64,000 nt of DNA from positions 1,024,001 to 1,088,000 of the forward strand of contig CAWCFX010000001.1 of NCBI GenBank assembly GCA_963795085.1. The letters run 5' to 3'. This stretch comes from an uncultured Gemmatimonadales bacterium. GTDB taxonomy: Bacteria > Gemmatimonadota > Gemmatimonadetes > Gemmatimonadales > GWC2-71-9. Below the pieces are notes generated by a model that saw only the letters and a program-made list of their open reading frames with translations, was not told the DNA's origin and did not search any database. Made by a program: the position numbers and the translations under genes. Below are positions 56,767-64,000 of this stretch, piece by piece (position 1 is the first letter of the stretch; each line of letters starts with the position of its first letter).

Positions 56767-57887
56767 TTAGAAGATGCCCGGGGGCGGGGTGTAGCTCCGC
56801 CACCGGCCGGCCGTGGCCTGGAACCAGGGGTCGCTGGTCTGGCCGTAGAGGACGTCCAGCAGCGCGACCTGGAAATTGTGATAGGCGACCGAGTTGAGCC
56901 CCTGGGTCCTGGAGTACACGGTTCAGGTCCCGGTGTCACAGGACGGGATCGGCGATCGCTCGATACCGCGATCGAAGAGGCGCCGGACCATGGTGTCCTG
57001 GGTGACGGACCAGACGTAGCCACGTCGATCAGCGCCTGGGCCGAGCCGTTCCACACCTTCACGATGGGATGATACTCTTCCACCAGTACCGTGGGTGGTG
57101 TCGTCAGCATCACTCCGCCGTTACTCAGGTGACCGGAAGGAGTTGAGCACTTCATAGGTCCGGTCTTTCCAGAGCTGTTCCCGGTGCGGCGGTAGGCTTC
57201 CGCGAAGATGGACATGACCAGTCCTGGGCCATGGCCAGATCCAGGGAGATTCCGCGGTGATCCGCCGGAGGTCAGGTGGAGTTCGACTCCACACCGGGAA
57301 GCGGAGCCGCCGTGTTCCCGCCAGAGGGCGTAGTGGTAGAGCCGGTCGGCGGTATTGACCAGGGTGTCCAGCGGCACGTTCTGCCGCGGCGTCAGGTGGG
57401 CCAGCGTTTGCGAGGTGGTCACCGGCTGGAAGTAGGCGCCGATGCCGGGGTGAGGAATACCAGACCAGGTAGGGCGTCACCGAGGGCCGCAGCTTGCCGC
57501 CACCACGGCGACCCGGTCCTCGGCGATCTCGATGGCGACGCTCACGATGTCCATGACCGGTGGAAGCGGGCGCTGTCGTCAGCAGGCCGCGGCGGTGGAA
57601 CCGGTGACCAGGCCGAGGCTGCGGGCGATCCGGGCGCCTTTCTCGAAGTTGACGGTCCCGCCAGCGCCTGGAAGGAGTCCACCTTGGCCGCGGCCACCGT
57701 GAACAGGGTGACGCTGCTATCCCGGTCGGCCGCGCTGATCACCTCCCGCAGGAGCAGGCATTCGGCGGCGGCGTTCGCATCGGCAGGTCCACCGAGGGGC
57801 AGGGATCGGCGGAAACTCGGGTCGTGACGGTTCGGGACGCAGGGCAGCGCAGGGACGTGGAACGGCCCCGCGCAGGACGGTTGTCAT
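56767..57887 (-). pseudogene. D-glucuronyl C5-epimerase family gene with many frameshifts and one in-frame TGA
   Basis: Reading across minus frames gives PWI / AMAQ / GLVMSIFAEAYRRTG, GGV...EEYHP..KVWNG..ALID, RRLFDRGI, DTGT*TVYS, AYHNFQVALLDVLYGQTSDPWFQATAGRWRSY; TAA at 56767-56769. Confidence 0.72.
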
Positions 57888-58099
57888 GAAAGGTCTTTTG
57901 ATGGGGAGGTTGGGGGCGGAGTGAAATGTAGGGTCCCCCGCCGGGGGAGAGCAATTGCTGTTGTCCCCGGTCACTTCCCGGGGTCTCGTTCAGCGGACAG
58001 ATCTGCCCGTCGGGCACCGGGCTGTCGAGTTTGAGGGGGGGCGGGGGCTGACCGCTTCCATGCTCCAACGGCTTCCCCGCTAACTTCTCCCGGTCTTTC

Positions 58100-58173
58100 G
58101 GGCCCTTAGCTCAGCTGGTTAGAGCAGCGGACTCATAATCCGTAGGTCGTGGGTTCAAGTCCCACAGGGCCCA
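58100..58173 (+). tRNA. tRNA with CAT anticodon, most like tRNA-Ile2 (lysidine type); CCA not encoded
   Basis: Acceptor GGGCCCT/AGGGCCC, D-arm TAGCTCAGCTGGTTAGAGC, anticodon arm GCGGA-CTCATAA-TCCGT, T-loop GGTTCAAGTCC; sequence resembles ileX-type more than Met-type tRNAs. Confidence 0.9.
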
Positions 58174-58280
58174 TTATATGTAAGTCTCAACCAAAACAAC
58201 GATCTAGGCGCTTTCGAAAACCAGTCTAGCCTTGTGTGTGCGGAGTGTGCGGGTCACTGGGAGCGAAGCCCTTTGGGAGG

Positions 58281-60092
58281 GTGCAGCCATAGACTGACTC
58301 CAAGGGGAAAGAGTTTGTCTTCAACCACTATCTGTCTGTTCCTTCCGGCGCTCGTTCCTGACCTGGGAAGTCGATCGGGGAGGGAGAGCTAGGCGGCAAC
58401 CTGATTATCCATGGTGACAACCTCCATGCCTTGAAATCACTTATTCCGATGCATGCAGGTAAGGTTGACTGCGTTTTCATTGACCCGCCGTACAATACTG
58501 GGAACGAGAACTGGTATTACAACGACAATGTTAACGCGCCGTACATTCAGGAATGGATAACCGACAACCCGGTTGACATCGACGATGCACTTCGCCACGA
58601 CAAGTGGCTTTCGATGATGTGGCCACGCTGAAAGTTACTCCAGGTTTTGCTAAGTAATGCGGGCAGCATCTGGATGACCCTCGACGATAACGAGATTCAT
58701 CGGGCTAGGATGGCTATGGATGAGATATTTGGGGATCGCAATTTCGTGGCTACGGTGATCTGGGAGAAAGCCGATAGCCCACGAATGGGACGCCGACTAT
58801 TTCTCTTCCAGACATGACTACATGCTTGTGTATGCTAAAAACCTACCCGAGATGAGGTTTAATCGCTCAGGGGTGGGATCTGAGGATTATGCCGACCACT
58901 ATGACAAAACCGATGAGAATGGTCGACAGTACGTATCCGGAAGCCGTTGCGCGCGATGGGAGGGCAAGGCGAAACCCGCGCAGCTCGTCCAAACCTGTAC
59001 TTTGAAATGACAGCTCCTGACGGGACCCCCGTCTTTCCAAAACTGCAGGATGGCAGTGATGGTGCCTGGCGATGGAGTAAGAACAAAGTAAAACAGGAAG
59101 CGACTCGTATTGAATGGCGAGAAACCAAGGGAAAATGGGTTCCCTATTTCCGCATTTACGCTGACTCAGGTGAAGGGCGCCCTCCTGAAACAATCTTTAC
59201 GCATGAAGAGGTTGGAAGCAGCCGCACGGCAAAGGCTCAGTTAAAAGCACTTTTTCCCTGAAGGCAACGTCTTCGACGCACCCAAGCCAATTGGCCTCCT
59301 AGATCGTGTCCTGGAGATAGCAACTGATGAGAATTCATTGGTACTCGACAGTTTCGCGGGATCTGGTGAAATCACGGCACACGCGGTATTGGCAAGAAAC
59401 AGAGAAGGATGACGGCCACCGCCGGTTCATTCTAGTGGAAGGTGAGGACTACGCGGACACGCTTACCGCTAAGCGGATAAGGAGGATCATTTCGGGTTAC
59501 AAGTCCAACGGAACTCAGCGAGAACAGCTTTTCAAGGAAAATATCACCTGCACGCACTGACGAAGGCAGTCAGCTGCTTGACGCGTAGGAGAAGGAATTC
59601 GAGGTGCACCGGTGTGATTCCTCAAGGTCGATGGTAGCCATGGCGAGCTTGGCGTTAACGGCGAGAAGAAGGCCCGAAACAACGGCGGGGCTAGGTGGCG
59701 GATTCACCTTTTGTACACTTGGCCCCGCCCTTGATTTAGAGAAAATCCTAACTGGTCAGCACCTGCCTGAGTACGCAACACTGGCTGCTTGACTCTTTCA
59801 TACCGCAACCGGCGCAGTGTTTAGTGTCAAAGGTCTTCAGGAGGAAATAGGATACATCGGCGAAAGCTCGAACCGCCAGGTTTGGCTTGTCTATAAGCCG
59901 GACATGAAGCACCTCCTATCCCCGGCCAGCGCTCTCACTATGGATCTTGCTAGAAAAGTGGCCAGCGCCAAAGATGATAAACGCCACATAGTGTTTGCGC
60001 CGGCCAAGTTTCTTTCGAACCGAGATCTAAGCTTGCTACGTATTGAGTACGCCCCTCTACCCTTCGCGTTGTACAGGGTGGCAAAGGACTAA
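58281..60092 (+). pseudogene. mod: Type III-like RM modification methyltransferase (Mod, beta class), frameshifted; start approximate
   Basis: KGKEFVFNHY, NLIIHGDNLHALKSL, IDPPYNTG, RHDKWLSMMWPR, LDDNE, PKP, VLDSFAGSG, RRFILVE, GGGFTFCTLG spread over several frames. Confidence 0.8.
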
Positions 60093-60097
60093 AAGTC

Positions 60098-62734
60098 ATG
60101 GAGCTGAAGGAGTACCAAGAAAAAACCCTCGGTGTTCTTGACCAGTATCTCACGCGTCTTCGTGAGAAGTTTGACTTAGCTGCCAAAGCCAAGGAAACAT
60201 TGGACAAGGCGGGAATTCCTCTGCCGTCTGGTTTGCTGGACTATCCTACGCAAGCATGGGATCAATGTCGCGTTGACGGTCTTCTCCCAATAGACTCGCA
60301 GGAAACCCCGTATAGCACACGAACGGATCCCACTGGTCAGTACATTCCCTCAATTTGCTTAAAGATCCCTACAGGCGGCGGCAAAACCCTCCTGGGCCTC
60401 TGGGGTGCGCGCGCGATACTTCAAAAGTTTGTGCGTAGCAACCGCGGCTTTCTGCTATGGATAGTGCGAAGTGAAGCCATCTACGCTCAAACCAAGCGGC
60501 AATTAACTGATAGGAATCATCCTTATCGCCAGACCCTTGATCGCCTCGCGGCAGGCGCCGATCGGGTTCTCATTTTGGAAAAGGATGATCCACTCAATGC
60601 CGCAGACGTACGGGAACATTTGTGTGTTATGCTGTTGATACTTGCCTCCGCAAATCGGCAGACGAAGGAACAGCTACGGATGTTCCAGATGGGGAAACGT
60701 CCATGGTTTCTTCCCCTCAGAAAGTGATCCGCTAGCCCACTTCGAGCTTTCGGCTCAGGTTCGCAACCTCGACACCTATGGTGATTCTCAGCAGGTTGGC
60801 TCGCTGGATAAAGGACAGTCTCGGAAATGCCCTCCGCCTCACCCGGCCAATCATAGTTCTTGATGAGGGGCACAAGGCGTACAGCAAGCTCGCTATGGAT
60901 ACACTCTATGGCTTCAACCCTTCATTCGTTCTAGAGCTCTCAGCGACACCACCGAGCGGCGCCAACAAGTTGGTCGAAGTGGGCGGCAATGATCTCGAAC
61001 GGGAGGAAATGATTAAGCTGCCGATCAACGTGGATATTAAGGCGGGGCCGGACTGGAAAGCGTGTATTCTGGCTGCCTGGGATCGGCTTCAGATCCTTCA
61101 GAAGTCAGCGGAGGAAATGAGGGCAAACACCTCACGTTACATTCGCCCTATCATGCTGATCCAGGTTGAACGAACCGGAAAGGATCAGAGAGATCCTAAG
61201 TTTGTCCATAGCCTAGACGCAAAGGAGTTCCTGCTCGCGTTGGGCCTTGAGGAGGACGAAATCGCCATAAAAACTGCTGAAGTTAATGATCTCAGTGAAC
61301 CCTGGAATCAGGACTTACTGTCGCCAACAAATAGGGTAAGGGCAATCATAACTAAGAGCGCCCTCCAGGAGGGATGGGATTGCCCATTCGCCTACGTGCT
61401 ATGCTCCCTTTCAACGAGCCGGAATATTGCTGGCATGACCCAGTTGGTGGACCGGATACTCGACTACCACATTACCTAGCGAACGAATATTCAGGCCTGG
61501 ATGAATCTACGATCTGTGCCACCATGACGAAACAGGTAGTGTTGTGGGCGGGATCAAGAAAAGTCTCGAAGATGATGGGATGGGGGACATAGCCGGCAAG
61601 ATTCGTACTGGTCAAACCCAAGGGGGAGGGGAAGGCAAGTCTCTACGCAAGCTTGGACGCCGGGAGGGCCTAGAGAACACAAGGATCTTCCTGCCAAAGG
61701 TGCTGTGGGTAGATGAAGAAGGTCCTAGAGAGTTTGACTATGAAAGAGATCTCCTCTCACAACTGGATTGGCTAGCTCTAGATATCAATGTAATTGCTGA
61801 TTCTATCGAGACGAATGTCCAGTCACCTTCTTCTCACAATCTCAGGCTCGGTCTAGAGGTACTCACTCAATCAGGCAGGGAGAGCATTAGCCCCCGTGAA
61901 ACTGAGGACAGATTGGCATTCGATACTGTTCACGCAACGCGGACTATTGTTGACATAGTAGGGAATGCTTGGGTAGCGCGGGAGGTTCTCCACCGGCTAA
62001 TGACACGACTAACGGATCGAGGCTTTTCACTGATCGCTTTGGGGAAAGCAAGCGCTTACATACTTGATGAGCTTCGGAAAGGACTGACAAGGTTCCAAGA
62101 CCTTCTGGCTGAAAAGACGTTTCGTCTTCATGTCGCAGCTGGGCGAATTCAATTCAGGCTTAGGACAGATCTCCTGAATTGGGAGATGCCGTTTGAAATC
62201 TCTACCGATCAGCCAGAATCTGGTAAGCTGCTCTTTCGTTCAAAGGACGCCAAGCCTGTAGGGTTGAGTCTTTTCATGCCCGTAGACGAACGGAATACAA
62301 CGGGCTCGAGGCAGAGTTTGCTTGTACTTGGACGACGAGTAGGCTATTCGATGGTGGAAGCGGAACGTTGCCCGATGTCATATGGGCTCCAGGGATGGAG
62401 GAAACAACGGGATTGCCCTGATTTCATTTTTGCAATTCAGAAAGCGGGCAGTGGGGATAGGCTCATCGCTATTGAGACGAAGGGGGATTTTCTCGGTGGA
62501 GATGACACGATCTATAAGCAACAAATGTTGGAGTTACTGTCCAGCAACTACCGCTTTGAGAATGTTAAAGTGCAAGGCGAACTGGAACTAGTGGTTGACG
62601 ATTACACTGTGGGCGTCTGTGACTTGGTCTTAGAAGGACTGGAAAACCCAACTCCACAAGCGTCATCTCGGAAAAGACAGTTACGTGGTGCGGCGCTAGG
62701 TCTCGTTCCAGGCCGCTTGCGTCGGGGTGTATAG
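60098..62734 (+). pseudogene. res: Type III-like restriction subunit (Res; SF2 helicase + PD-(D/E)XK nuclease), frameshifted
   Basis: LKEYQ, KIPTGGGKT, DEGH, LSATP, ALQEGWDCPFAY, PDFIF...IETKG across three ORF fragments (60098-60727, 60778-61479, 61544-62734). Confidence 0.8.
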
Positions 62735-62975
62735 TCAATGCGGCCTGTGACTGAATATATCGCCCGAAGGCGCCCCCTAAAGAACTGTGGCCATCTGTCC
62801 CAGATGAATGTTGGCATACGCCAATCATACGCCAGGCCCATCAACCAACTCACAACTGATCGGCTGACTTGAGCTTGGGAGCCAAGGAAACCTAAAGGAG
62901 TAAACCCACCGCAAATCCCGAATCGGCCTTTTGAACTGCAAACCGCTTTCTACAACAGCCTCTGGAATGGGTGAA

Positions 62976-64000
62976 ATGACAGACTCCGCTTTGCCTCCCG
63001 GGTCATGGACGTATCGAAACTGGAAGGCGTGCCTTTCCGGCGAAGCCGAGCTCTTGGCGGAAGAGGTTCCTCTGTACTCGGATGGGTGGTTTACCGGCGA
63101 GCTTAGGGAGGGGCTTGGTCCGTTTGAGATCATCAATACAGTCGCAGGTGAAAGCCAATTTGGCAGAGCCCGGAGTGTTCTCGTCCTCCGAGCATCAACC
63201 TATCTGGGCGATGATGACGCCAAGCATTCTCGCAAAATTAAGGAGGGCCGCTCTCGCACCGAGAGTTTTGTCGGCGGATTGCCCTTCGATGAGGTGGTTT
63301 CTCTTTTGTCCCTTGCTCACGGTGTCCGCCTAGCAGCGGGGGGAGCAAACAGAGTCTTTTGGGCAGGTCAAGATATACGTGGAAGGCCAGAAAATCCCGC
63401 GGGTGGACTACCTCACCTTCAGACTACGAACAGGCATCCTGCCATCCCAAGTCTTCTGGTGAAAACCTCGCTTCAAGAAGTGCTTCTGAGTACATACCCA
63501 TCTCTTGAATGGGAGAGTGCCCGCGCAATTGCCTTGGCTAGTCGCAACTATCGTGAAGCGGTGTGGTTAGCCGATTCAGACCCTAGTTTGGCTTGGCTTC
63601 TGCTAATATCTGCGGCAGAAACAGCTGCAAATGAATGGGCGCGCCTTCAAAGGGTGCCGTCAAAGACGCCTGCAGAACTTCTCAGCGAAATGAAGCCGGA
63701 CTTTGAGTCCAAGCTGCGAGAAGCTTCACTAGATCGCGCAGAGGATGTTTTAGGAGTGGTGGGGGAAGCGCTAGTCGATGTTCTGAAGTCGCAATGGAAA
63801 TTCTCACAGTTCCTTAGGCTGCATACAAAATCACGCATTGAGCCTAGGCCCGAGCACAATGCGATCGACTGGTCCGACGGATCTCTAAAGAAGATATTGA
63901 ACACGGTTTACGCGCTACGTTCCCAAGCCTTGCATACGGGTAAGCCTTTCCCTCCGCCTATGTCGCTGCCCCCAGGGGGTGACAAGTCAGAAGGCGGTGA
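62976..64000 (+). CDS. HEPN-type (RxxxxH) protein, 3'-truncated by window edge
   Basis: Manually translated frame from ATG 62976 (or 62967) has no stop before the window end; contains YREAVWLADSDPSLAWLLLISAAETAA and VYALRSQALHTG. Confidence 0.75.
   Translation, partial: MTDSALPPGSWTYRNWKACLSGEAELLAEEVPLYSDGWFTGELREGLGPFEIINTVAGESQFGRARSVLVLRASTYLGDDDAKHSRKIKEGRSRTESFVGGLPFDEVVSLLSLAHGVRLAAGGANRVFWAGQDIRGRPENPAGGLPHLQTTNRHPAIPSLLVKTSLQEVLLSTYPSLEWESARAIALASRNYREAVWLADSDPSLAWLLLISAAETAANEWARLQRVPSKTPAELLSEMKPDFESKLREASLDRAEDVLGVVGEALVDVLKSQWKFSQFLRLHTKSRIEPRPEHNAIDWSDGSLKKILNTVYALRSQALHTGKPFPPPMSLPPGGDKSEGG

Larger units (their letters stand above)
58174..64000. mobile_element. tRNA-anchored genomic (defence) island, left part
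   Basis: Abrupt fall in GC content and change in codon usage right after the tRNA 3' end; RM and HEPN cargo; no integrase or second att copy within the window. Confidence 0.7.

Noticed and set aside
58100..58173. Calling the CAT tRNA initiator tRNA-Met
   Set aside because: It has a paired G1-C72 and lacks the three consecutive G-C anticodon-stem pairs of initiator tRNA; Ile2 fits better, though elongator Met cannot be excluded without a covariance model.
56923..59792. TGA at expected Trp positions (DTGT*TVY at 56923; LAA*LFH at 59790), suggesting TGA=Trp recoding
   Set aside because: TGA is the normal stop of many intact genes here (recA, efp, accC, alaS), and both cases fall in the lesion-rich zone.

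Overview
GC-rich bacterial chromosome segment; gene content and order suggest Gemmatimonadota (inference, no marker search run). 1-33 kb is mostly housekeeping: hutH, an SgmX-like TPR protein, polyprenyl synthase, tatA, a PpiD/SurA-type PPIase, a TPR-aroQ-Xaa-Pro peptidase-efp-accB-pilT/U-accC-comB-ftsK run, yraN-recA-recX, alaS, a PHP phosphatase, gmhA, an SDR, a tRNA nucleotidyltransferase, a ZIP transporter, rarA, a LEA-2 lipoprotein, hflX and a divergent isocitrate-lyase-like gene. 33.3-55.2 kb is a mixed-orientation surface polysaccharide locus. It has an SLBB exporter, four GT4s, a priming transferase, a WbpB/D/E/I-like diamino-uronate gene set, an AsnB amidotransferase, a flippase, a methyltransferase, Wzy-like and Wzz-like genes, and a tandem pair of unusual Ig-like + beta-propeller lipoproteins. 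At 56.8-57.9 kb there is a frameshifted D-glucuronyl C5-epimerase homologue that the ORF track does not show. After tRNA-Ile2(CAT) at 58.1 kb the GC content drops sharply into an integrated defence island: a frameshifted type III-like Mod/Res pair and an unbroken RxxxxH HEPN-type ORF that runs off the window and is also absent from the ORF track. Recurrent non-coding patterns are short tandem repeats anchored on stop codons, leaderless-type promoters, and likely non-canonical starts (ATC for hflX, CTG for ZIP). The many lesions in 56.8-62.7 kb could be sequencing or assembly errors.
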